From Candidatus Aldehydirespiratoraceae bacterium (GTDB lineage Bacteria; Actinomycetota; Acidimicrobiia; Acidimicrobiales; Aldehydirespiratoraceae): a stretch of 64,000 bases of DNA. The notes beneath the pieces are model-generated. The model was not told where the DNA came from. It saw only the letters and a list, made by a program, of their open reading frames with translations, and did not search any database. Positions 37,775 through 46,914 of the stretch are shown piece by piece. Within the stretch, counting starts at the first letter, position 1, and each line of letters starts with the position of its first letter. The stretch lies in NCBI GenBank assembly GCA_965198315.1, contig OZ240616.1, positions 3,383,671-3,447,670 on the forward strand. The letters run 5' to 3'. A program made the translations under genes and the position numbers.

Positions 37775-38920
37775 ATGACTCGACCAAATCTCCCCGTAAG
37801 CCTCACAGCCTGCGTGATCGGCCTCATTGCCGTGGCCGGCGTAATAGCCGCAGCCTGCGGAAACGACGACGACGATGGCGTTGCCGACTCCCCAACGGAC
37901 GCTGGTGAAGCAACAGACGACGGTGCCGCGACTTCGACATATGCCACAACCGGCGGCGACGAACCCGACACGGACCCTTCGAGCATCACCCTGCTGACCC
38001 ACGATTCGTTCGCTCTCTCCGACGAAACGCTTGCGGCCTTCACCTCTCAGACAGGCATTAAGGTGACGCTTCTGCAAGCCGGCGACACCGGCCAGATGGT
38101 GAGCGAGGCAATCCTCACCGCCGGCAATCCACTCGGTGACGTGATGTTCGGCGTCGACAACACCTTCTTGGCACGTGCACTGAACGCCGACTTGTTCGAG
38201 CCTTACCAGTCACCCAACCTCGCCGACGTACCCGACGAGTTCAAACTGGATCCTCAGCACCGGGTCACGCCCATCGACTATGGCGACGTCTGCATCAACT
38301 ATTGGACCGATGCGCTGCTGACCGACCCCCCCACAACCCTCGAGGACCTGACTGCTCCGGAGTTCGCCGACCAACTCGTAGTGCAGAATCCCGAGACCTC
38401 GTCGCCGGGCCTGGCATTCCTGTTGGCCACGATCGCCGGTACCGACGATTGGGAACAGTTCTGGGCCGATCTCGCCGACAACGGTGTTGCGGTCACTGCA
38501 GGCTGGGAAGACGCCTACTACGGAGAGTTCATCTCCGGTGGAGGCGAGCGCTCGATGGTTGTCTCCTACGCCTCCAGCCCACCGGCGGAGGTGATCTATG
38601 CAAGTTCACCCATCGACACCCCTCCAACCCAAGTGCTTCTTGATTCGTGTTTCCGCCAAATCGAGTTCGCCGGGGTGCTCGCCGGTACCGATCACCCTGC
38701 CGAAGCTCAGGCGTTGATCGACTTCATGCTCACGCCTACTTTCCAAGACGATGTGCCGCTCAACATGTTCGTGTTCCCGGTGGCCGACAGCGCCACGCTG
38801 CCGCAGGCCTTCGTCGATCACGCACAGATCGCTGATGATCCGCTGTTCGTCGATCCCGCCGATATCGAGGCGCGCCGCGATGAATGGACAGACCGGTGGG
38901 TCGAAATCGTTCTCGGATAG
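37775..38920 (+). CDS. thiB: ABC transporter substrate-binding lipoprotein, thiamine (ThiB/TbpA)-type
   Basis: Lipoprotein signal MTRPNLPVSLTACVIGLIAVAGVIAAAC-GND, an ThiB/FbpA-family body, and the TPP riboswitch directly upstream. The start is corrected from 37514. Confidence 0.8.
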   Translation: MTRPNLPVSLTACVIGLIAVAGVIAAACGNDDDDGVADSPTDAGEATDDGAATSTYATTGGDEPDTDPSSITLLTHDSFALSDETLAAFTSQTGIKVTLLQAGDTGQMVSEAILTAGNPLGDVMFGVDNTFLARALNADLFEPYQSPNLADVPDEFKLDPQHRVTPIDYGDVCINYWTDALLTDPPTTLEDLTAPEFADQLVVQNPETSSPGLAFLLATIAGTDDWEQFWADLADNGVAVTAGWEDAYYGEFISGGGERSMVVSYASSPPAEVIYASSPIDTPPTQVLLDSCFRQIEFAGVLAGTDHPAEAQALIDFMLTPTFQDDVPLNMFVFPVADSATLPQAFVDHAQIADDPLFVDPADIEARRDEWTDRWVEIVLG

Positions 38921-40521
38921 GGGGATCTGCGGTCCGCTGGGTTGCGGCTGGGGTGCCCGCAGTCTTCTTGGCGGTGTTCTTCGTCTATCCGGTCGGGGCG
39001 ATCCTGTGGCGCGGCCTCGGCGCGGAGGGACTCGGGCCAATGTCGGATCTGTTCGCTTCATCGCGGACCCGTGGTGTCGTGTGGTTCACCGTCTGGCAGG
39101 CACTGGCGTCGACGGCGATCACGCTGGTAGTCGCCCTTCCCGCGGCGGCACTCGTCTCCCGACTCAGGGGCCGACACCGACACTGGATCCGGGGGCTGGT
39201 CACCGTGCCTTTCGTGCTTCCGACGGTGGTGGTCGCCGGTGCTTTCGAAGGGGTCTTTTTTAGGTTCGGACTCGATCAGGGGGACTTTCGTCTGCGGCAT
39301 ACGGTGTGGGCAATCCTGCTCGCTCATGTGTTCTTCAACTATGCGGTGGTTGTGCGCATCGTCGGATCGTTCTGGAGTGGTCTGGATCACCATCTTGAGG
39401 AGCAGGCCCGAGTGTTGGGTGCGGGGCCGATCCAAACGTTTCGGGCCGTGACGCTGCCCAGGTTGCGGCCGGCTATCGCTTCGGCTTCGGCGATCGTCTT
39501 TCTCTTCTCGTTTACTTCCTTCGGCGTGATTCTGCTGCTCGGCGGGCCACGTCGGGCGACTCTGGAAACGGAGATCTATCGCCAAGCCGTTACCCGTAGC
39601 GACCTGCGTTCCGCAGCGGCTTTAGCGCTGCTGCAACTCTTCGCGGTGTTGGCTTTGATCGCGGTGGCTACTCGACTTGAGCGCCGTCGACCTGCACCGA
39701 CGGGAGTCGTACACCGTCCGCCAAAGCCAATGCGACGGGCCTTCACCTGGGCCAACTTGGCGATGATGACGGTCCTGCTCGGCTCCCCGATCGCGATCCT
39801 CGTCGAACGCTCGTTGGCCGTGGGCAACAGCTACGGGTTCGATCACTATCGAGCACTCACCGAACGCGTTCCCCAGCTTCCGGCTTCGGCAGCGACAGCG
39901 TTGAGCACTTCTTTGGCCTTCGCGACCGCGGCCACTGCGATGGCGTTGACGGTCGGCACGTTGACCGCGTTCGTGGTGGTGCATGGACGTTTGAGTCTGC
40001 GCCGTATTTTCGACCTGGGTCTGACCCTTCCGCTCGGTACTTCAGCAGTGACGATCGGCTTCGGGATTCTCATCGCGCTCGACGAACCACCTCTTGATCT
40101 GCGGACCTCCTGGTGGATCATCCCGATTGCCCACGCACTTGTTGGAACGCCTTTCGTGGTGCGGACCATGGTTCCTGTGCTGCGCAGAATCGATCCGCAG
40201 ATCCGCGAGGCAGCGGCTGTGTTGGGGGCATCGCCGGGACGGGTGCGACGCCTGGTTGATCTGCCGATCGCCGGCCGGGGGATGCTGGTTGGAGCTGGTT
40301 TCGCCTTCGCGGTGTCGCTTGGTGAGTTCGGGGCGACTTCGTTCCTGCCTCGCCGTCCCGAGACTCTGACGGCTCCCTTGGCGCTGTTCCGACTGCTTTC
40401 CACTCCCGGCGAGTTGCTACGGGGTCAAGCGATGGCGCTGGCGGTTGTGCTGATGGCCATCGTGGCTCTGTCGGTGGTGGCGATTGAAGCGGCTCGTGGA
40501 ACCGAACAGGACTTCTTGTGA
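38884..40521 (+). CDS. thiP: ABC transporter permease, duplicated 12-TM type (ThiP-like)
   Basis: 545 aa with two tandem permease halves. The exact start is uncertain (37-nt overlap with the SBP gene). Confidence 0.8.
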   Translation: MDRPVGRNRSRIGGSAVRWVAAGVPAVFLAVFFVYPVGAILWRGLGAEGLGPMSDLFASSRTRGVVWFTVWQALASTAITLVVALPAAALVSRLRGRHRHWIRGLVTVPFVLPTVVVAGAFEGVFFRFGLDQGDFRLRHTVWAILLAHVFFNYAVVVRIVGSFWSGLDHHLEEQARVLGAGPIQTFRAVTLPRLRPAIASASAIVFLFSFTSFGVILLLGGPRRATLETEIYRQAVTRSDLRSAAALALLQLFAVLALIAVATRLERRRPAPTGVVHRPPKPMRRAFTWANLAMMTVLLGSPIAILVERSLAVGNSYGFDHYRALTERVPQLPASAATALSTSLAFATAATAMALTVGTLTAFVVVHGRLSLRRIFDLGLTLPLGTSAVTIGFGILIALDEPPLDLRTSWWIIPIAHALVGTPFVVRTMVPVLRRIDPQIREAAAVLGASPGRVRRLVDLPIAGRGMLVGAGFAFAVSLGEFGATSFLPRRPETLTAPLALFRLLSTPGELLRGQAMALAVVLMAIVALSVVAIEAARGTEQDFL

Positions 40522-41594
40522 TCTGGGAACTGGATTCGGTATCGGTGCGTTTCGGCGAAGTGCTGGCCGTCGACAACGCTTCACTTGAAATCTCAAGCGG
40601 CGAACTGGTCGTGATCCTTGGTCCCAGCGGTTGTGGCAAGTCGACGATGTTGCGGGTGACTGCTGGCCTTCAAACCCCGGACTCGGGTCGGGTGTTGATC
40701 GACGGCACTGACGCGGCCCTACTTTTGCCGCATCAACGGAGCATCGGACTGATGTTCCAGCAACACACGTTGTTTCCGCATCATGATGTGGCGGGCAACG
40801 TTGAGTTCGGGCTGCGAATGGCAGGCTTGGCGCCGGCACAGAGGGCCCATCGGGTCAGTGAACTGCTGGTGTTGGTGGGGCTCGCTGGTTTCGAGTCCCG
40901 AGACGTGGCGACTTTGTCGGGAGGAGAGGCACAGCGGGTGGCTTTGGCGAGGTCTCTGGCACCAAATCCGTCGCTGCTGCTGCTTGACGAGCCGTTCGGT
41001 TCGCTTGATCGGAGTTTGCGTGACCGCTTGACCGACGAGTTGCCTCAAGTCCTGTCTGAAGGGGGCACTACCGCAATTCATGTGACCCATGATCACGACG
41101 AAGCTTTCAGCCTTGCTGACCGTCTCGTGGTGATGGAAAGCGGGCGCATCTTGCGGGTTGGACCTCCCGGTGAGGTTTGGGCCGATCCGCGTACCGTCAC
41201 GGTCGCTGAGTTCCTGGGCCATCGCAACATCGTGACCCGTGGTTCGCAACTGGAGGTGATTCGCCGCGACGCCGCGACGGTCGCTGCTGATGGCGAGTTG
41301 GAGGGAATCGTCATCGCTTCACGTTTCAGGGGCGATTATCACGACCTGACAGTTGACACTGCTTTGGGTGAACTCCGCTTTCGCGTCAGCGAAGCCCTCG
41401 GGGCGGGTGACCGTGTCCGCTTGAGAATCGACCCGAGCCGCGTCGCTCGCCTCAACTCCAACCCGCGCCTCAACCCCAACCCGCGCCTCAACCCCAACCC
41501 GCGCCTCAACCCCAACCCGCGCCTCAACCCCAACCCGCGCCTCAACCCCAACCCGCGCCTCAACCCCAACCCGCGCCTCAACCCCAACCCATAG
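40518..41594 (+). CDS. ABC transporter ATP-binding protein with TOBE-like domain and a (PRLNPN)n C-terminal tail
   Basis: GPSGCGKST, LSGGEAQRVALARSL and LLLDEP motifs. The GTG start overlaps the permease stop (GTGA). Confidence 0.9.
   Translation: MIWELDSVSVRFGEVLAVDNASLEISSGELVVILGPSGCGKSTMLRVTAGLQTPDSGRVLIDGTDAALLLPHQRSIGLMFQQHTLFPHHDVAGNVEFGLRMAGLAPAQRAHRVSELLVLVGLAGFESRDVATLSGGEAQRVALARSLAPNPSLLLLDEPFGSLDRSLRDRLTDELPQVLSEGGTTAIHVTHDHDEAFSLADRLVVMESGRILRVGPPGEVWADPRTVTVAEFLGHRNIVTRGSQLEVIRRDAATVAADGELEGIVIASRFRGDYHDLTVDTALGELRFRVSEALGAGDRVRLRIDPSRVARLNSNPRLNPNPRLNPNPRLNPNPRLNPNPRLNPNPRLNPNPRLNPNP
41451..41591. repeat. 18-bp tandem repeat, 7.8 copies (ctcaaccccaacccgcgc)
   Basis: Copies 2-7 are identical, copy 1 has one mismatch, and the last copy is truncated at the stop. 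In-frame it encodes ARLNSN(PRLNPN)x7-P. Confidence 0.95.
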
Positions 41595-41922
41595 TGTGCA
41601 GCGAGTCGTCGTCGATGCCGAAGTGATGGGCGATTTCGTGGATCACAGTGATTTCGATCTCGGAGGCCAGTTCGGTCTCGTCTTGGCACATCTCGCATAA
41701 CGGGAGCCGGTAGACGCTTATCTTGTCGGGCATCTCGAAGGCGCCGTAGGTCTCCCGCTCAGTGAGGGGTATTCCCTCGTACAGGCCGAGAAGGTCTTCT
41801 GTGGGGTGCCGGTCTTCGACCACGACCGCAACATTCTCCATCATTGCGCCCAGCCCTGGCGGAAGCGCATCGATTACTTCAGCCACCAACCGCTCGAAAC
41901 GTACGGAGTTAAGCGGTTCCAC
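41578..41922 (-). CDS. Metallopeptidase family protein (zinc-binding HExxH, DUF1025/SprT-like small protein)
   Basis: 114 aa with HEIAHHFG near the C-terminus. The last codons and the stop lie in the terminal repeat unit. Confidence 0.75.
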   Translation of the reverse strand: MEPLNSVRFERLVAEVIDALPPGLGAMMENVAVVVEDRHPTEDLLGLYEGIPLTERETYGAFEMPDKISVYRLPLCEMCQDETELASEIEITVIHEIAHHFGIDDDSLHTMGWG

Positions 41923-41960
41923 CTACCAGAGGCTAATGATCGACTCGGTAAGGTGCGGGC

Positions 41961-43904
41961 ATGATCGCTGCTGATCACCCTGAGGGCCGCGCCGAGGAGT
42001 TACTCACAGCGCTGAGTTCGGAGCAACGCGACGCGGTGACCACCGCCGCATCACCGCTTTGCATTATCGCTGGTGCTGGGTCCGGCAAGACCCGAGTACT
42101 GACGCGGCGAGTGGCCTGGCAGTCAGCTGAGGGCAACATTGACCCTCGCCGCGTCCTGGTGCTCACCTTTACTCGGCGGGCCGCGTCTGAGTTGCGTTCG
42201 AGGCTGCGGAGGTTGGGGATGCGGGAGGACGTCGCGGCCGGAACCTTCCACTCGGCAGCTTTGGCATTGCTGCGGCGCTACTGGGATCACTGCGAACGAC
42301 CCCATATGAAGCTCCTGACAAGCCGTTATTCGTTCCTGGCCAAGTCAAAACCGGACCTTGACCAGGTAACCATCGCCGCGCTCAACACTGAGATCGGTTG
42401 GGCTCGAGCTCGGCTGATCACACCGGAGCGCTACGCCGATGAAGCGACGCTGGCTCGCCGACGACCTCCGCAGAGCGCCGATTTCACCGCATCGGTCTAC
42501 GCCGTCTACCAAGAGGCCAAGCGAAAACGCCGACTCATCGACTTCGACGATGTTCTGGCTCTTTGCCATGCCGTATTGACCCAGGAACAGGCTTTCGCCG
42601 ACGCTCAGCGTTGGTTCTACCAACACTTTTTCGTTGATGAGTTCCAAGACGTCAATCCTCTTCAGTTCGCGGTCTTGCAGGCGTGGATCGGCTCCGAGTC
42701 GTCGCTTGCTCTAGTGGGTGATCCAGATCAGGCCATCTATGGTTGGAACGGCGCCGACCCCGACTTCATCCGCCAAGTCGATCAGCACTTTCCCGGTGTC
42801 GCCGTGGTGAATCTACAGACCAACTTTCGTTCGACCCCGGAAGTGCTCAGCGCTGCCGCCCGGGTGCTGTATGCAGAACCCCAGCCCGCCGTTCGGGTTG
42901 CTGGCGACGCACCCACGGTGACCGCGACTACCGGCGACAACGAAGGCTCGGCGTTGGCACAGGCCGTGCGCGCGAGGCGCCAGGTGGGTGCATCTTGGCG
43001 GGAGCAGGCAGTGCTGGCTCGCACCAACGCACAACTCCCTATTCTGCAAGCAGCGCTGAAGGCTTCGGGAGTGCCAACTCGAAGTCGTGACACTGGCGTT
43101 TTGCGACGCCCTGAGATCGTCGATTTGTTGAATCGCTGGCCCAACGATGCTGCGCTTTCCACGGTCTTGGCCGACGAGCAAATGCGCGAAACCGACAGCA
43201 GTCTCGACACCGAACCCCTCGCCATGGTCGAGACATTCGTCGGGCTGGCACGGGACCATCTTGTGCTTGAACCCAGCGCAACCGTTGCTGATTTCGTGGC
43301 GTCGCTGCGCAGCGATGATCGTGTTGGAGCGGCTCTCGATGCTGTCGAACTCTGCACGTTCCACGCGGCCAAGGGGCTTGAGTGGCCGATCGTTCATCTG
43401 GTCGGTCTCGAGGACGGGTTGGTACCGGTGGCCTTTGCTCGCTCTGCGGCCGCGCGCCAAGAAGAACAACGTTTGCTCTATGTTGCGACCACCAGGGCCC
43501 GCCAGGAGCTTCACGTCATGTGGTGTACAAGCCGCCTGGTCAGAAGCAAGCTTGTCGAGCGAGCCCCCTCTCCCTGGTTGGGGGCCTTCGCATCCGACAA
43601 ATCTCAAGAGTCGGTAGATCCACCCAGTGAAGTCGTCGAGTTGCTTGAGCGGCTGAATCAGTCGAGTTCCCGCCGCGAGTCTGACGACCGCACCAGCGAA
43701 CTGGTCACCGACCTTCAACGGTGGCGAACCGCTGCCGCTCGAAACGCCAGGATCACACCTGCCGCAGTGTTGAGCGACAGCATGCTGCGAAGCATCGCCG
43801 AACTGGAACCGTCGACGATCTCAGAACTCGCCACCATCATTGGCCCCAACATGGCCCACCGCTTCGGCCCCCGCCTCCTAGAAATCATCTACCCCCCAAC
43901 CTAG
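41961..43904 (+). CDS. UvrD/PcrA-family DNA helicase with C-terminal HRDC-like domain (UvrD2-like)
   Basis: AGAGSGKTRVLTRR (Walker A), FVDEFQDVN, and a C-terminal ...ARITPAAVLSDSMLRSIAELEPSTISELATIIG (HRDC-like). Confidence 0.85.
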   Translation: MIAADHPEGRAEELLTALSSEQRDAVTTAASPLCIIAGAGSGKTRVLTRRVAWQSAEGNIDPRRVLVLTFTRRAASELRSRLRRLGMREDVAAGTFHSAALALLRRYWDHCERPHMKLLTSRYSFLAKSKPDLDQVTIAALNTEIGWARARLITPERYADEATLARRRPPQSADFTASVYAVYQEAKRKRRLIDFDDVLALCHAVLTQEQAFADAQRWFYQHFFVDEFQDVNPLQFAVLQAWIGSESSLALVGDPDQAIYGWNGADPDFIRQVDQHFPGVAVVNLQTNFRSTPEVLSAAARVLYAEPQPAVRVAGDAPTVTATTGDNEGSALAQAVRARRQVGASWREQAVLARTNAQLPILQAALKASGVPTRSRDTGVLRRPEIVDLLNRWPNDAALSTVLADEQMRETDSSLDTEPLAMVETFVGLARDHLVLEPSATVADFVASLRSDDRVGAALDAVELCTFHAAKGLEWPIVHLVGLEDGLVPVAFARSAAARQEEQRLLYVATTRARQELHVMWCTSRLVRSKLVERAPSPWLGAFASDKSQESVDPPSEVVELLERLNQSSSRRESDDRTSELVTDLQRWRTAAARNARITPAAVLSDSMLRSIAELEPSTISELATIIGPNMAHRFGPRLLEIIYPPT

Positions 43905-46027
43905 GTGCGGCGTGGGAGAGCAACTACTACGACATTGGCATCACACTGCTCAAGGACCGTCTCGACGGTGTGGCCCAAGAACGGGCGACCATCAACGTTG
44001 CGCAACTGAGCGCCGAGGACCACGAGATCACAGTCTTCATCTTTAGCAATGCCTACCAGCGCCGACGGCACAGTAGCAGAGCTAGGAATCAAGGTTCGAG
44101 GCCAAACCCCGGCTTCGACAGCCCGGAGCGTGGCAATGTCCATCAGTTCCTTGGCGATCACTTCGCTCGGGTCCAATTCCGAAGTGCGACGTTTCAACAC
44201 ACGCGGAACGAACGTCTTGCGGTTGAGCACATGCGTGAGGAGCACCTCGGTGCCCAGCTGATCTGCGATGCTGAACGCCACTTCTTGAGCCGCGCTTGAA
44301 GAGCGAGTACCTGTGACCGGGACAACTACCCGGCTGAACGCAGCGGGCAAAGGACGTTCAAGCCCACGAGCTCGGCGCACGATCACCACTGGGATCGTCG
44401 CGTTCAGCAAGATTTCATCGACCATCGGCGAATACAGCTGACCCTCGTGACGTGTCGCCACACCGACCGCAATCACTCCATAACCCAAGCGAGACTCCGC
44501 GGTGATCTGTGCTGCAGCATTGCTGCCGCTCACCGATCGGTGATCAACCGCTCGTTCGTTGAGCACGGCTTCCAGCACCGAAACGTCCGGTCGATCAGCT
44601 CCGTCCACAACCGAAACCAGGGTGGTGGGAGCCTCTTTCGGCCAGGCAAATTGTACGAGTTGCGCCGCTGATATCGAGGCTGGCCCGCCCCTGGACGGCA
44701 ACAGAATCCGAGACGATTTCACAACCAGGTTCCGGCTGAGCGCCTCCTCACGATCCAGGCGTTCTCGTTCTTCGGGAGAACCCCTCCAGCCACGTACCAC
44801 GATGCGCAGCGACACAGCAGCGAACACCGAAGTAACCACGGGCACGATGACGATCACTGTGTACGCCGTCTCGCTGAACACACCGAGCGAAAGCCCGACC
44901 GAAGCGATCACAATCTCAAGCGCTCCACGGGCGTTGAGACCGGCGCCCAGCGCCACCGCGGCCCGTGGGCTCTGGCCGGCTAAACGAGCCCCGACGAACG
45001 CTCCGGCGAACTTGGCACCGATGGCAACGGCAAGCACTATGCCCACCCAACTGAGCGCCTCAGAATCGAGGAGTCCGAGATCAACACGCATTCCTGCGGT
45101 AGCGAAGAAGATCGGCGCGAGGAGACTGGTTGTGAGCGATTCGATGTGATGCAGCACCTCGGGTTGGCCGAACCGTGAGCGGTGTAGCACAACCCCGGCC
45201 ACGAAAGCACCCAACACAGCTTCGATACCCAAAGCTTGAGTGGCAACTCCATAGACGAGCATGGTGACTACCACCACGGTCATTGCCCCGGCGATGTTGG
45301 CTCCATCTCGTCGCACCCATCGCAACGCCCTGTCAACCAGCCGCTGACCGACCGTCATGGCCAGCGCCAAGAACGCAGCCAAACCGAGAACCGTTTCGAG
45401 CACCACTCGGACCGAAACCGTGCCCGAGGCAGCAAAGCTGGCAAAGATCGCCAACATCACCCATCCAATGACGTCGTTGGCCATACCAGCGGCGACCGTG
45501 ATCTGTCCGAAGTCGCGCCGCATCAGACCGAGTTCGGAGAGAATCTTGGCGATTACTGCCAGAGCCGAGACCGACAATGCCGCGGCCACGAACAAGGCGA
45601 AAACACTGCGGTCACTATCGACGCCCACGAAAGCGTCTGGCAGTGCGAAACCAACCAGCAGGCCACCAATCAAAGGCACCACCAGGCTGAACCCGGTCAC
45701 CAACGCTGCGGCACGCCCGAGGCTTCTGATCAACCCGAGATCGGTCTCGAAACCCGCGGTAACCAACAAAAGGGCCACACCCAGCCAACTGACTGCCAGC
45801 AGAGCTCCCGAGGAAATCTCTTCTTCGGGAAGAAACCACTCGAAGCCGGCTGGCCAGACACGCCCGAAAATCGACGGGCCGACGATGATTCCCGCAGCTA
45901 GTTGCCCGATCACCGAGGGGAGGTTGATGCGACGCATGAGGCCGCCAAACAAGCGGGCAACTGAAACCAAGACCAGTAGCTGCGTCCAAAACACAAGAAG
46001 TTGATGCTCGTCGAGCGGAATCAACAT
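43901..46027 (-). CDS. Cation:proton antiporter (CPA2-type) fused to tandem universal stress protein domains
   Basis: About 400 aa of multi-TM Na+/H+-exchanger-like region, followed by two Usp-like alpha/beta modules; 708 aa. Confidence 0.8.
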   Translation of the reverse strand: MLIPLDEHQLLVFWTQLLVLVSVARLFGGLMRRINLPSVIGQLAAGIIVGPSIFGRVWPAGFEWFLPEEEISSGALLAVSWLGVALLLVTAGFETDLGLIRSLGRAAALVTGFSLVVPLIGGLLVGFALPDAFVGVDSDRSVFALFVAAALSVSALAVIAKILSELGLMRRDFGQITVAAGMANDVIGWVMLAIFASFAASGTVSVRVVLETVLGLAAFLALAMTVGQRLVDRALRWVRRDGANIAGAMTVVVVTMLVYGVATQALGIEAVLGAFVAGVVLHRSRFGQPEVLHHIESLTTSLLAPIFFATAGMRVDLGLLDSEALSWVGIVLAVAIGAKFAGAFVGARLAGQSPRAAVALGAGLNARGALEIVIASVGLSLGVFSETAYTVIVIVPVVTSVFAAVSLRIVVRGWRGSPEERERLDREEALSRNLVVKSSRILLPSRGGPASISAAQLVQFAWPKEAPTTLVSVVDGADRPDVSVLEAVLNERAVDHRSVSGSNAAAQITAESRLGYGVIAVGVATRHEGQLYSPMVDEILLNATIPVVIVRRARGLERPLPAAFSRVVVPVTGTRSSSAAQEVAFSIADQLGTEVLLTHVLNRKTFVPRVLKRRTSELDPSEVIAKELMDIATLRAVEAGVWPRTLIPSSATVPSALVGIAKDEDCDLVVLGAQLRNVDGRPFLGHTVETVLEQCDANVVVVALPRRT

Positions 46028-46031
46028 CTGA

Positions 46032-46814
46032 CTAGCGATTTCCGTCGATCAGCACGGGCGCGTGGTCGCTCGGGGGATCGTCTTTGGGGCCCTTGCGTTC
46101 ATTTCGGTCAACCAAGGCCACCTCCGTTGTGTCGGCCACAGAGCGCGAGGTCATCAACAAGTCGATGCGCATACCCATCTTCTTGTGGAAGTTACCGCCG
46201 CGGTAGTCCCACCATGAGTAGAGGCGATCGTCGTTGTGGTGCTCGCGAAACACGTCTACGAGACCCCATTGTTGGAGCGCCTCTATCCTCGCACGCTCCG
46301 GTTCGCTGGTATGGGTTTGCGTAACGAACTTGGCTGGGTCATAGACATCTCGATCTTCGGGGGCAATATTGAAGTCACCGCAGACGACGATGTCGTCGCC
46401 TGGGACGCACTGACCGTCGAGATCACCCACTAGTCGGTCGAGCCACGCAAGCTTGTACTGGTAGTGATCGTGGTCGAGCGCCCGGCCGTTGGGCACATAG
46501 CAGGAGGCCACTCGGACACCGCCACAGGTCGCCCAAGCGATACGCGCATCGACGTCTGGTTGTTGGCCGTCGCCGAAACCGGCAATCGGATCTTCTATTT
46601 CCATTCGCGACAGGATCGCGACTCCGTTCCAGCGCCCTTCGCCGTGATGGAAACTGTCGTAGCCGAGTGCTTCAAAGGTCATAGCCGGAAACGCATCGTC
46701 TGCCAGCTTCGTTTCTTGCAGACACAACACGTCTGGTTCAAACATCTCAAGCCAGCGCTCCACCCGCCCGAGTCGAGCTTTCAGGGAGTTCACGTTCCAG
46801 GTGGCGATCCGCAC
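46032..46814 (-). CDS. xthA: Exodeoxyribonuclease III
   Basis: MRIATWNVNSLKARL..., CLQETK, SDHAPV. Confidence 0.92.
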   Translation of the reverse strand: MRIATWNVNSLKARLGRVERWLEMFEPDVLCLQETKLADDAFPAMTFEALGYDSFHHGEGRWNGVAILSRMEIEDPIAGFGDGQQPDVDARIAWATCGGVRVASCYVPNGRALDHDHYQYKLAWLDRLVGDLDGQCVPGDDIVVCGDFNIAPEDRDVYDPAKFVTQTHTSEPERARIEALQQWGLVDVFREHHNDDRLYSWWDYRGGNFHKKMGMRIDLLMTSRSVADTTEVALVDRNERKGPKDDPPSDHAPVLIDGNR

Positions 46815-46914
46815 CTCCGGGATCCTAGTGCGCCATCAAGACGTATCCAGAAATGCCGAATCCCGTTTCGACGTCTTTCTGATACGCCAACAAACGCTCG
46901 CCTACAATAGCGGC

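Noticed and set aside
41451-41591. Regular 18-bp repeat array considered as a possible CRISPR array, given cas genes in the window
   Set aside because: The units are directly adjacent with no spacers, and the unit is far shorter than CRISPR repeats. The array is in-frame coding sequence at the end of an ABC ATPase gene, 38 kb from the cas genes.
43901-43904. Shared palindromic CTAG providing stop codons for the convergent helicase and antiporter genes
   Set aside because: This is a trivial 4-nt overlap of convergent genes, with no evidence of regulatory significance.
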